Assembly (NCBI GenBank): GCA_963514005.1
Contig: OY740808.1
Span: 17,608,001-17,672,000, forward strand
Length of the DNA: 64,000 nt
Reading direction: 5' to 3'
Origin: Raja brachyura
Taxonomy: Eukaryota
Position numbers and translations under genes: made by a program. The notes beneath the pieces were generated by a model. The model was not told the origin of the DNA. It worked only from the letters and a program-made list of their open reading frames with translations, and did not search any database. This document shows positions 39,022 through 49,869 of this stretch, in pieces; positions within the stretch are counted from its first letter, which is position 1; each line of letters starts with the position of its first letter.

Positions 39022-39039
39022 TCAAGACATTGAGGAAAT

Positions 39040-39530
39040 TGTAAAGGAGAATCCATTGAATGAGGAGGCTGGTAGGGTAGAAGGCAAGGGCTTCTACCCT
39101 ATCTTTGCACTGGCTAGAACAAGAGGGGGCGCGAACAGAGGGGAGGGAAGTATGAGATAGTTGAGGGCTGTGTCAATTGTAATAAGAGGGGATGCCAAGG
39201 CTAAAGCAAAACAAAGACAACTTTGGCACCTGTGTGGAAAGTATTATTGTCAGATGGAGGAACTGGGAGAGATGAGAAAGCAGTAGGAGCCTGTGGACTT
39301 GTAATGAATGTTGGTCACCAACCTGTCACCCAAGAGCAAGAAATCCAGATAGGGAAGGCAAGAGTCAGAGATGGACTGTGTGAATTGAGAGCAGGATGGA
39401 TGGAAAATATCAGCAACAGTATTAAATATTTGTGGTTTCTGCATGAGTGAGGGAAGTGGCACCAATGCAGTAATTAATGTCGCGGAAAACGTGGGTGCTG
39501 AGTAAAGCTGAAACAAAGACTATTCTTCAC
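39040..39530 (-). mobile_element. Degenerate Penelope RT fragment in a CRYBB3 intron
   Basis: Minus ORF ...FTQSISDSCLPYLDF...GDRLVTNIHYKST is homologous to the element at 18363-20408. Confidence 0.65.
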
Positions 39531-39686
39531 ATCCATCATTCAATGCGTCAGTCAATTCCTTATTTTCATTTACAATCACCCTTGATACCCCAGCTAAAAC
39601 TATGTAAGACTTACAGGCTAGATAAGACAATCCAGGTTATTACCCAATAAGTTTCATTAATCTATTTTGCATTAATATTTCTCAAG

Positions 39687-39805
39687 CTCACAATTTATGA
39701 GCTTGAAAATTTCCAGGGACGCAAGTCTGAGCTTACAGGAGAATGTATGAACTTGGCAGATAAAGGATTTGAAAAAGTTGGATCAATTCATGTGGAAAGT
39801 GGTCC
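39687..39805 (+). CDS. CRYBB3: CRYBB3 exon, Greek key 1 ([16 protein letters not shown]...GSIHVESGP)
   Basis: 119 nt; AG acceptor and GTAAGT donor; YELENFQG motif. Confidence 0.95.
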
Positions 39806-40561
39806 GTAAGTAAAACCATTTATATAGATGTGCAAAGAATAGAGAGGTTGAAGGTATGTAAGAAGCAGCTCATGGCTATGAAGGTTAAAAATATTTTTTT
39901 GTCAAGCATTCTTCATGTCATGATTTCAGCTTTTAGATTTTTCTTAATTCGTTCAATTTGAAGCAGTTATTAATCTTGTAACTAAATTAACAAGGTTTAC
40001 TTTCTGAACCTAGCAAGGATGGAATAGCTCTCTGCCAAATTCTTAAACTAAAATGGGTTGGAGAGTGCACAATGGCCATGCAGTAGGCAGATCACGGGGG
40101 GTTGCAATGATGTAATGGTGCTTCAGGGAGTCAGATTCTGCAACTGAGTTAATTAGGAAAGTCCCATGCTCAAAGTTAACCACATTTTTTTATTGTTGAT
40201 TTGTGTTGTAAGGTATATTTCTTCTAATTGTCGAATGTATACTGCTTGATTATAGTATCTTCCTTAATGACCTTGGTCAATGAATTTGCTTGGTTCAAAA
40301 GACTGGCTGGGTTTGTCAATGACCCTCTGGCAAAGCTTAGCAGTTGCCAGACATGAGCAATACGTCCTGCAAAGTTAGTTATGGTTATTAAATACACAAC
40401 TTCTGTTTGATAAAGGTGTTATAGCTTGGTTGCTGAAACAACAGATGGAGGTTTACCTATAAGACCTTCTCAATAAAACTGAATCTACTCTGGTTAATGT
40501 GTGAATGAGTATCTTGAGCTATGTTGTGTTGTGATTAGCCATTATTGTTTTTTGTTCTCAG

Positions 40562-40694
40562 ATGGGTAGGTTTTGAACGACAGAAGTTCGGTGGCGAGCA
40601 GTTTGTTTTGGAGAAGGGCGAATATCCACGATGGGATACGTGGTCCAACAGCCACAGTAGTGACAGGTTGCTGTCACTTCGACCACTCCACGTC
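40562..40694 (+). CDS. CRYBB3: CRYBB3 exon, Greek key 2 ([28 protein letters not shown]...LSLRPLHV)
   Basis: 133 nt; acceptor ttgttctcag; donor GTAAGT. Confidence 0.96.
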
Positions 40695-41940
40695 GTAAGT
40701 ACCTTATTTATTTCTCATGTATCCACTTCTCAGAGAGAAGTAGTTAACCAGACAAAGGAAGAGAAAATTGTTGAGCAAGAACAAACCACATAATGGGGAA
40801 CACAAGTCATAGAAGTGCAAACTGGAGCTCAGTCGGTGAGAAATGCAGTCACAGAACATTGTGAGAAACGGACACAGTGAGTAAGCAAATACAGTCAGAG
40901 AAAGAGAGAACTAATAATATGGCACATAGGCACCAACATTTTAGAAAGCTGAAGGATTCTGTTTGGATAGTGAAATAAAGATCATGATGGGGAGAGACGT
41001 GTAATGTAAATAAAAATATGTTCAGACAGTGCGAGACTGGTCACACATGATTTTAAAAAAGCTCAAGTGAATGCTCTATAAGCCACACATTTAAATTATT
41101 TCTCTCTTACACACACACACGACAATGCAATAACGCCTCGCTCACGGAGTATCCTGTTGCATCAGTGCATGACTAATAGAAAATAGACAGCAATTTGTAA
41201 CGCATTCCGAATCACAGGGCAAAATCTAAATGTACTGTGGATGATGGAGTGAATGTGCACAAACTAGGGTACAATTTAAAAAATGGCCAGTGCATACCAA
41301 CAGATGCCCTGGTTCATGAACAAATAGCTCATTTTCCCTGATGATCCCCTTTTTATGCAGAGGGAAGCTGCCCAAATAATCCATTGCTCTTGTCCTCATC
41401 AGATTCTAATTGGGAGAAGGAACACCAGTATGGTGTATTTAAGCACCTCTATCCCACCCATAAATCTCTTTACAACGTAAACGAGCCTATTTCTGCATAG
41501 AGCCAGAGCCACGGAAACAGGCTGTTTGGTCCACCTTGTCCATGCTGACCAAATTGGCATACTGAGCTAATCTCATCAGCATGCAATTGGCCCAAAGCCC
41601 TCTAAACCTTTCCTATCCATATCTCTGCCTAAACACCTTTTAAAGGTCATAATGGTAACCGCTTCTAAAGCTTCCACATACAGCCAACCATATATTTTGT
41701 TGTACTTGGGACCATGCTGAAGAATTGTAATGGAATCTTTCTTACCAGACTGCTCAACTCTGGCCCAGCTAATGATTGTAACTTGTTTCAGGAGCGGGCC
41801 TTGCACCATCCAAGCATGATTGGCTCCTGCAGTCAAGCACCATGCAGTTTGAAACAGCATGTTAGAAAATTGAGAGCAACATCAATAACGTATTACAAGC
41901 CAGTTGACAACATTATGCTCTTTGTTTTACTTTCCTTTAG

Positions 41941-42083
41941 GATGGTGATGGGCACAAGATCAGTCTCTTTGAAAATGCTGGCTATCATGGAAGGAAAATG
42001 GAGATTGTAGAAGATGATGTTCCCAGTCTGTGGGCTCATGGATTCCAGAACAGGGTAGCCAGCATCAAAGCTGCCAATGGAAC
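41941..42083 (+). CDS. CRYBB3: CRYBB3 exon, Greek key 3 ([12 protein letters not shown]...[23 protein letters not shown])
   Basis: 143 nt; acceptor tttcctttag; donor GTAAGA; [10 protein letters not shown] is typical of betaB3. Confidence 0.96.
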
Positions 42084-42769
42084 GTAAGAAGGCCTTGGTC
42101 CATTTAGACATTTCCTTCCACATTCTCATTTATCTTATTGATACAGCACAGAGGTCAATTTGACAGTTTCTTGCTGCATATCTCAAAAGAATGGTGTGTA
42201 GCCCACTGGTCTAAAACTACTCCTAACATTCCCACATCTGTATGCACAATGAGAAACATGCTCTAGAAATATAAATTATAACAGACAGCTAGAAATATGG
42301 AAAGGATGGTAACTTTGGAAAAAATAATATCCTGGATCAAACTAAACAACTATGGAAGAAGTGTTTAAAACAAAAAGTGAGGCATCCTTGGGTAATAAAT
42401 GCGTCAGTGCCTCTCCCAATATTGCTCACTGTCCTGGATGAGACAATGAAATAGACAGGATCATTGACAGTGTAGATCACAGAAAGTGTTGTTAGGAGGA
42501 TGGATGGAAATCAATCAGTCAGGGTGGCTGAACTAGAGAGAAATTTGTTCCCCAGAATTTATTTTTTCAGTTGGTCCATTAACAGATAGTGTACAGTAGG
42601 CTTGCTAAATATGCAAAATTATGTTCTGTGCCCACTGTTGCAATTATTGAGAAATAAAATAGATGTCCATCCCACTTTGTGTTCCTAAAGATAAATTTAG
42701 AGAAGAACGAATATTCCTGCCGTCCTCTAGTGATTGTTTTCCTGCAATACCCACCCATCTCCCAAGTCA

Positions 42770-43065
42770 TAGTCTTACAGTGTGGAAACAGGCCCTTCGC
42801 CCCAACATGCCCATCTACAATAGTCCTGTCTGCATTTGGCCCATATCCCTCTAAACCTGTTCTACCCATGTACCTATTCAAATGTTCCTTAAATGTTGCA
42901 ATAGTACCTGCCTCAACTACCTCCTCCGGCAGCTCGTTTCCATACACCTACCACCCTTTGCGTGACAAAGTTGCCCCTCAGGTTCCTATTAAATCTTTCT
43001 CCCCTCACCTTATGTCCTCTGGTCCTCTAGTCCCATACTCTGGGAAAGAGACCCGATCTATTCTT
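42770..43065 (-). mobile_element. CR1 3' end (second subfamily)
   Basis: NELPEEVVEAGTIATFKEHLNRYM. Confidence 0.8.
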
Positions 43066-43813
43066 CTCCACGAATCACGCCTCTACCTCTGCACAGTGCT
43101 GTGAGCGGGCCAAGAGCATTTGCACAACTTTTTATTGGTTGCAGAATTATTTGTGTTGGAAAAATAACTGCAAAACTATCCATTGGAAACTCACTTCCAC
43201 TGGCCCTTTATTGTGGCTTGATTATGTACAGATCTGCCCCCACATGTGCTCTTGAACAATCTTAATTTGCAGATTGCACATTTGACATTCACAGCTCACT
43301 AAATAAAACATTAACAAAAAAAAACCCATATTAATTTGCACTTTCTAAATACCACACTAGGTGGCTGTCCATGCAATACCCAATCTGCAATTGTCTGCCA
43401 CACAGTCAGCAGAGGAAATGAAAAGCTGCTTGAGAAAATGACACATGGATGGTAGATATAGATTTTTTCAAAAATCTTAATAATGTTTCTAACTGCTTCC
43501 AACCAGAAAAGGAGGATGGGTGCCGACAGGGGTCTTGAATGAGATATCGCAGGATATCATGTCGTAATTATAATGGGTAAGAAGTTATAAACTGCAAGCT
43601 AAATTGCCAGACCTGTAGAGAGAAGTTAGTATTTAATTATTGGCATGGTACCTGATTTGATGGGATAGATAGATGGGAATTCTACAGAAAGGAGGCATGC
43701 CATTAGCAAAGGTGTTTCTTCAACACGGTTCACCCAAGGTTGTGAAATTGATGAATATTATCCCAAATATTCAAAAAAGGGCAGAATAAATATTGTGTTC
43801 TGTGATCCTACAG

Positions 43814-43991
43814 GTGGGTTGGGTACCAGTACCCAGGTTACAGAGGGCGGCAGTACATCTTTGAAAAGGCAGACTACAAGCATTGGAATGAATGGGATTC
43901 TAACCAGCCGCTGATTCAATCCATTCGTCGCATCAGAGATATGCAGTGGCACAAACGGGGCTGCTTCCAGGTCACACCCCCAAGCAGCTGA
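43814..43991 (+). CDS. CRYBB3: CRYBB3 last exon, Greek key 4 ([14 protein letters not shown]...[15 protein letters not shown])
   Basis: Acceptor atcctacag; stop TGA at 43989-43991. Confidence 0.95.
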
Positions 43992-44979
43992 AGGAGACAT
44001 GAACAGGAACTGAGGCAGGAGGTCAAGGCAAGGATTCATGCAAAGAGGAGGAGGATGAAATAGAATAGGGTCCTACCTGCAGGCATGCTGCCTTTCAATC
44101 CTGGAAAAATAAAACGACTGAAAATAAAATGGCGACTGACAGGAATCGTTTCATGCATATTTCTTTTCCTCTTTAATAAAAACAGTAAAAGTTCACTAAC
44201 CATTGACTAGAATGGCGAAAATATGAGCCAAAGTTCCTGCTCTGATCACTATCCTTTGAACCTGACTATGAAGTCTATGTATGTGGTCAGGCTGGTAATA
44301 ATTCTCTTTTAAAATGGGGCACAGATCAAGACCTCTATTATTGGATTCTGGGTATTATTGCCTGTTGTTAGTCCTCGGGAAGCTAGCAGTGAGCTGCCAT
44401 CTTGAACACTGCAATTCATTTGAGCATTAAAGCAAGTGACACACTTCACAGGGCATTGAGTCAATCAAAAGGAGCCACATCAGAGGTGATCGCGTGGACA
44501 AGACATTCGAGGGCAGCCGAAGGGCAATAAACTGGACCTCTTTTCATTGAGCTTTCAGTAGAGCAGATGCATAACTTGAATTCTATATTTTAATTGTCAT
44601 GAAAAGATTCCATTGGCACATTTTATGAACTGTAAGACTAGCCTTATAACCACAATAGAATGTCAAATGAAGGTGCAAATTATTCCTAAACACCACAAAC
44701 ACCTGGCTGTAAAGCAAGTGCCAAAGTCTTGAAAATCCTTTATTTCAAAAGACATTTGATAGCATGCAAATAGATGAACAGAGTTTCACACTGATAAATG
44801 TGAGATAAACATATCTCATAATAGGGGGAAACAAATCCTCCTTTGACTGTGAACAATAAAATGTTTCAAAGAAAATACCTGACCTTGAACCCACAAAGTC
44901 CATAGTGCCGGAAGTGATCTGAATGAAATGAAAAGCCAACACAATGGTTTTGGTCATTTAACAATCTACATTTTATAAC

Positions 44980-45340
44980 CACCAGCTGGTTGGACAAGGG
45001 CCAGAGATGAACAGACAGGTGTGAGACAAAATAATTGAAAAGTTACAAATTGTGAAGCTGGAGGATGGAATGTAGATGGAAGGGGAAGGAGAGAAATAGG
45101 TGGGAGTCCAGATGGCCCATGGTGAGAAGAAAAATGGGGGATAGGAAAAGAAGGGGGAGGGTGGGGTGTTTTGAGGTTATCTAAAATTGGAGCATTCAAT
45201 GTTCATTGGATTGTATGTTACCAAAGTGGAATATGAGGTATTGTTCCACCAGTTTTTTTTTGTGGCAATAGAGGCGGCACAGGACAGAGAGGTCAGCACG
45301 GGAATGGGAAGAATTCAAATGGTTAGCAACCGGGAGATTG
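44980..45340 (-). mobile_element. Degenerate Penelope 3' fragment
   Basis: Similar to 18480-18850 (aatatgaggtattgttcc..., gggaatgggaagaatt..agcaaccgggag). Confidence 0.6.
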
Positions 45341-45503
45341 ACCTATGAAAGCAAGCAGACCATTCTTGCCTTCTTTCCCATTCTATCTACTTGTATGCTA
45401 CTTTAAGTGAGTTATGGATTTGGATCCCAAGATCCCTCAGTACATCAATGCTCATAAGCGACATGCCATTAATTGGGGTTTTTTCCCCCTTACATTCGAC
45501 CTC

Positions 45504-46033
45504 TGTTACAAGGGAACAGGTTCAAGGATCTGACTAGTAGAACAGGAAAAAAAGGCACTCTCGTCCATTTAGTTGCAAATCAGTTTTATTGACAAGAGAA
45601 GTCAAAAACAATACTTGTCTCGGTATGCGCGGGGTCCAGTTTTATAGCAGCACACCTCTCTCTCTCTGCCACCGTCCACAGAGCTGATCGCGACTCAGCC
45701 CGTCAGCGAACCCTCTCGTACATGAACACATCAGATTTATTGGCAAAAGAGAGAACAAAAATAATACTCATCTTGGCATGAGCGGGGTCCGTTTTATAGC
45801 AGCACATGTCTCTATTTAGCTCTCTTTAGCAGGTAGTATAGCACTACTGGTTTGGCGCACAAAGGTTTAAACACACCGGCTTAACATGTGGAAATTTAAA
45901 CAAAGAGCTGTCGGCTGCAGCGCTAAGGGTTCTAAATATAGCGCTACCGGCTACAGCGCTATGGGCTTTAAACAAAGTGCTATGGCCACAGCACTATGGG
46001 TCACAGACAGTTCGGGAAAATTCTCGTATAACA
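45504..46033 (-). mobile_element. 3' LTR of an endogenous retrovirus-like element (530 bp)
   Basis: Inverted termini TGTTA...TAACA; on the minus strand it is immediately preceded by a polypurine tract GAGGGGTGGAA (46034-46044); TATAAAA and AATAAA on the minus strand. Confidence 0.8.
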
Positions 46034-46099
46034 TTCCACCCCTCGAACAGTCTGGTTACCGTCACATCCGGCCCACAGGCTTTATCTCATTAAATCCGG

Positions 46100-46340
46100 C
46101 CCACAGGCTGTAGTAAGGTTCACACATTCATGATGCCAACCCACACATACAACGCAGTAATATGGCCAACAAGATTGTCCCAATGGTCAGTCCCCAGTGC
46201 ACCACTGTTGTCCCCAACCTCCAAACATCCCGAAAGGCCACCACCCTCCTGGGGGATTGTAGTCGTGGTACTGTTCTCCGACCTGTCAAATCTTCCTCAT
46301 GGCTTCCTGGATGTTGTCAGCAAGGTCAATGATGTTCTTT
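46100..46340 (-). pseudogene. env: Degenerate retroviral env TM C-terminal remnant
   Basis: Minus-strand translation KNIIDLADNIQEAMRKI*QVGEQYHDYNPPGGWWPFGMFGGWG, then after a frameshift VVHWGLTIGTILLAILL: heptad, Trp-rich membrane-proximal region and TM helix, directly upstream of the PPT and LTR. Confidence 0.65.
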
Positions 46341-46346
46341 TACCCC

Positions 46347-46595
46347 ACTCAGGATCAAACCACTCACCGAGTCTGTATGACCACGCATGGTATAAATTAA
46401 CTTGTATTGTCAGAGGACTCAACCTTAATGTCGTCAGTAATACCACCAGAGATAATCTTATCGCTTGTGCCATTAAACGTTGCTGTCAATACTTGGTACG
46501 TGTTTTACGATTACAGCCTTCTTCTGAATGTTCCATAGTTTCACCGTTTCATCATTGCTTCCTGTACAGACCAACTGTGGTCCCTGTCGGGCTGG
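46347..46595 (-). pseudogene. SNRNP40: Intronless fragment of SNRNP40 (U5 snRNP 40 kDa WD40 protein)
   Basis: Translation with two frameshifts: PARQGPQLVCTGSNDETVKLWNIQKKAVI / NTYQVLTATFNGTSDKIISGGITDDIKV / L*QYKLIYTMRGHTDSVSGLILS. Recalled human sequence: PARRGPQLVCTGSDDGTVKLWDIRKKAAIQTFQNTYQVLAVTFNDTSDQIISGGIDNDIKVWDLRQNKLTYTMRGHADSVTGLSLS. Confidence 0.88.
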
Positions 46596-46863
46596 TGCTA
46601 TAAGGCAGGAAGTTCCAGGATTTTGATTCAGTTACGAAAACAGTGACAGTTATACCAGTCTCTAATTCTGATTGAAAGGACATTTTCAGATTTGGCAACC
46701 TTGGCTCTGACTTCCCTTTTCTTTCTATTTGGGAAAGGTCACAAGTTTGAGGAAGTCCTGTCAAGGAAGCCTTGACAAATTGCTGCAGTGCAACACGACT
46801 AGTGGAGGAAGTAAATATGATGGATGAAGGCAGCAGGGGAAGGACAGTGAGCCTGTGGGTCGA

Positions 46864-47305
46864 TAGACAATAGGTGCAGGAATAGGCCATTCGGAACCTT
46901 CAAGCCAGCACCGCCATTCAGTGTGATTATGGTTGATCATCCAGTACCCCGTTCCTGCCTTCTCCCCATATCACCTGACTCCGCTTTCTTTAAGAGCTCT
47001 ATTTAACTCTTTCTTGGAAGCATCCAGAGAATTGGCCTTCACTGCCTTCAGAGGCAGGGAATTCCACAGATTCACAACCCTCTGTTTGAAAACGTTTTTT
47101 CTCATCTCCGTTCTAAATGGCTTACCCCTTATTCTTAAACTGTGGCCCCTGGTTCTGGACTCCCCCAACATCGGGAACATGTTTCCTGCCTCTAGCATGT
47201 CCAAACCCTTATTAATCTTACATGTTTCAATAAGATCTAAATTCCAGAGTATACAAGCCCTGTCGCTCCATTCTTTCAACATATGACAGTCCCGCCATCC
47301 CGGGA
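46864..47305 (-). mobile_element. CR1 3' fragment
   Basis: ORF 46971..47282 RTRGHSLRIRGKPFRTEMRK. Confidence 0.88.
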
Positions 47306-47320
47306 CTCAGCGGTCAAGGT

Positions 47321-47345
47321 GGGGGGGGGGGGGGGGGGGGGGGGG
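47321..47345. repeat. Poly-G run (~25 nt)
   Basis: Seen directly in the sequence. Confidence 0.9.
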
Positions 47346-47929
47346 CGGCAGGAAAATCATAAAAACACTGAAAAATAAGAAATATTGTTGTGTAGAGGGA
47401 TGAGATCTGATGACATTTGAGGTATGGTATGTTAGAATGCAGGTGCAGCAGTGGCAAAGGAAATGGCATGTTAACATTTATTGCAAGGGATAAAGAAGGC
47501 AAAAGCAAGTGGGCCTGGCAGAGATTCAAGGCTCCAATGCAGTGTTAGTCTTCTCACCTAATGGAGGATATATTTGCCTTGGGAGGCAATGCATCATAAA
47601 TTTAATAGACTGTCTTGGATTGGCTGAAGAGGAGATACTCAGTCAGATTGACCTACACTGTCTGGAGGCATGCATGAAAGGTATTCTCTGATGTGTGCAT
47701 GATTCTGGCGAGGCCTGACATAGTAGGTGTAGGAGCTGGTGTCCTCAAATGGGTAGGATAATCCTAGAATTGGGGAGAAGAGGCGAAATTTCTTTCAGTG
47801 GAGTTTGGATGCTCAGTCACCAAGGATATTCAAGATAGAGACTGATGGATTTTTGGACAACCAGGGAACCATAGGATTTAGGAGTTGGTGGCGAATTGGA
47901 TTTGAAATACAGGATCAACTGTTAGCATG

Positions 47930-49020
47930 TGTAAGAAGGAACTGCCAATGCTGCCAAGACACAAAAAGCTAGAGTAACTCAGCGGACAGACTTAGTCTGA
48001 AGAAGGGTCACGACCCAAAACGTCTCCCATTCCTTCTCTCCAGAGATGCTGCCTGTCACGCTGAGTTACTCCAGCTTGTTACAGAAACATAGAAACATAG
48101 AAATTAGGTGCAGGAGTAGGCCATTCGGCTCTTCGAGCCTGCACCTCCATTAAATATGATCATGGCTGATCATCCAACTCAGTATCCCGTACCTGCCTTC
48201 TCTCCATACCCTCTGATCCCCTTAGCCACAAGGGCCACATCTACCTCCCTCTTAAATATAGCCAGTGAACTGGCCTCAACTACCCTCTGTGGCAGAGAGT
48301 TCCAGAGACCCACCACTCTCTGTGTGAAAAATGTCCTTCTCATCTCGGTCCTAAAGGATTTCCCCCTTATCCTTAAGCTGTGACCCCTTGTCCTGGACCT
48401 CCCCAACATCGGGAACAATCTTCCTGCATCTAGCCTGTCCAACCCCTTAAGAATTTTGTAAGTTTCTATAAGATCCCCTCTCAATCTCCTAAATTCTAAA
48501 GAGTATAAACCAAGTTTATCCAGTCTTTCTTCATAAGACAGTCCTGACATCCCAGGAATCAATCTGGTGAACCTTCTCTGCACTCCCTCTATGGCAATAA
48601 TGGCCTTCCTCAGATTTGGAGACCAGAACTGTACGCAATACTCCAGGTGTGGTCTCACCAAGACCCTATACAACTGAAGTAGAACCTCCCTGCTCCTATA
48701 CTCAAATCCTTTTGCTATGAAAGCTAACATACCATTCCCTTTCTTCACTGCCTGCTGCACCTGCATGCCTACTTTCAATGACTGGTGTACCATGACACCC
48801 AGGTCGCGCTGCATCTCCCCTTTTCCTAATTGGCCACCATTTAGATAATAGTCTGCTTTCCTGTTTTTGCCACCAAAGTGGGTAACGTCACATTTATCCA
48901 CATAATACTGCATCTGCCAAACATTTGCCCACTCACCCAGCCTATCCAAGTCACCTTGCAGTCTCCTAGCATCCTCCTCACAGCTAATGTCTTATGTCTT
49001 ATGTCTATCAGCTTATGTCT
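47930..49020. mobile_element. Penelope-derived short insert with a 16-bp TSD, interrupted by a CR1
   Basis: atcaactgttagcatg at 47914-47929 and 49021-49036; pLTR with HHR-like motif at about 47993-48030. Confidence 0.75.
48082..48987 (-). mobile_element. Young CR1 LINE 3' part (~0.9 kb; 256-aa open RT C-terminus)
   Basis: ORF 48179..48949 is uninterrupted; (TTTCTATG)n tail. Confidence 0.93.
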
Positions 49021-49689
49021 ATCAACTGTTAGCATGCTTGATAATGGCGTACTCATGATTCTATTTTTTGTGTTCTTAAATATCATTCTCAACAAAGGAG
49101 AAAGAAATTGAAAGAAAAAAAATTGCCACTGCTATTATTATATATTATTTCTGGGAAATGTGTATTTCACATTAATATTGAATTGAACAGATGCACGGAG
49201 AGGAAACATTTAGAGGAATATGGGTCAGGTTCAGGCAAATGAGACCAGCCTAGATGGGGTATATTGGTCAGCATGGGTGATTTGGGCAGAAGAGTCCATT
49301 TTTGTGCTGTATGATTCTATGACTCCAATTACAGCAACAGACTAATTTTTATCGGTAACATTGCTCACCTAGGAGTATTTAAGTTCAAAATCACCATGCC
49401 ATACCATTATCATGCCACAACATTTAGCATATTTCTCTCAATCTATTAACTTGATTCCATTTTTTTCCAGAACTGCACTGGAGTTCTAGTTCCGATGGGG
49501 GAACAGGAGTCTGGCTCAAAAATCACTGGAGTAGGGCTGATGTGCGCTTTGTCTGTAAGGTCATGCTCATAGTTGTTGGCACAAATAGAGTTGATGCAAG
49601 CACTCTTCAAATCTCTCTGCTCTGAACCCAAACAATGAGGGCATCCAGTGAATCTGAAAGCTAATGAAATAATTCTCCACTCCTTGTAT

Positions 49690-49869
49690 TCTGCAAAACA
49701 ATGCACCCTGCACGTCATTAAAAGTTTTGCTTTATTTAGCATTAATCCCAATCCATCTATTCACAAGTCCACTCTGACTATTTAACAAATATTTTTGGCA
49801 TGGTTCTATTTGAGTTCAGTATAAATTAGCAGGCAGACTGCTATTCGGCACAGACACGACTGGGTACTG
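49690..49869 (+). promoter_or_regulatory. CRYBB2: CRYBB2 promoter and probable very short non-coding exon 1
   Basis: Sox-type AACAAT at 49697, MARE-like TGC-N8-GCA at 49728-49741, TATAAA at 49820 and donor CTG|GTAAGA at 49869/49870. Mammalian betaB2 is recalled to have a tiny non-coding first exon. Confidence 0.55.

Larger units (their letters stand above)
37186..43991 (+). other. CRYBB3: Beta-crystallin B3 gene (CDS span, 5 coding exons, 215 aa)
   Basis: Exons of 75+119+133+143+178 nt = 648 nt in frame; one Greek-key motif per exon, as in beta-crystallins; AATAAA at 44108, 44123 and 44175. Confidence 0.95.

Noticed and set aside
46130-46603. 157-aa + strand ORF
   Set aside because: It is the antisense shadow of the SNRNP40/env sequence on the minus strand.
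46596-46860. Continuation of the ERV or of SNRNP40
   Set aside because: It resembles a common elasmobranch LINE-like repeat (tcaaaatcctggaact.., also near 50190-50660); no PBS, 5' LTR or TSD was found.
48179-48949. 256-aa ORF as a host gene (likewise 31114..31830, 10335..10898, 14972..15535)
   Set aside because: These are C-terminal parts of the CR1 reverse transcriptase in 5'-truncated copies.
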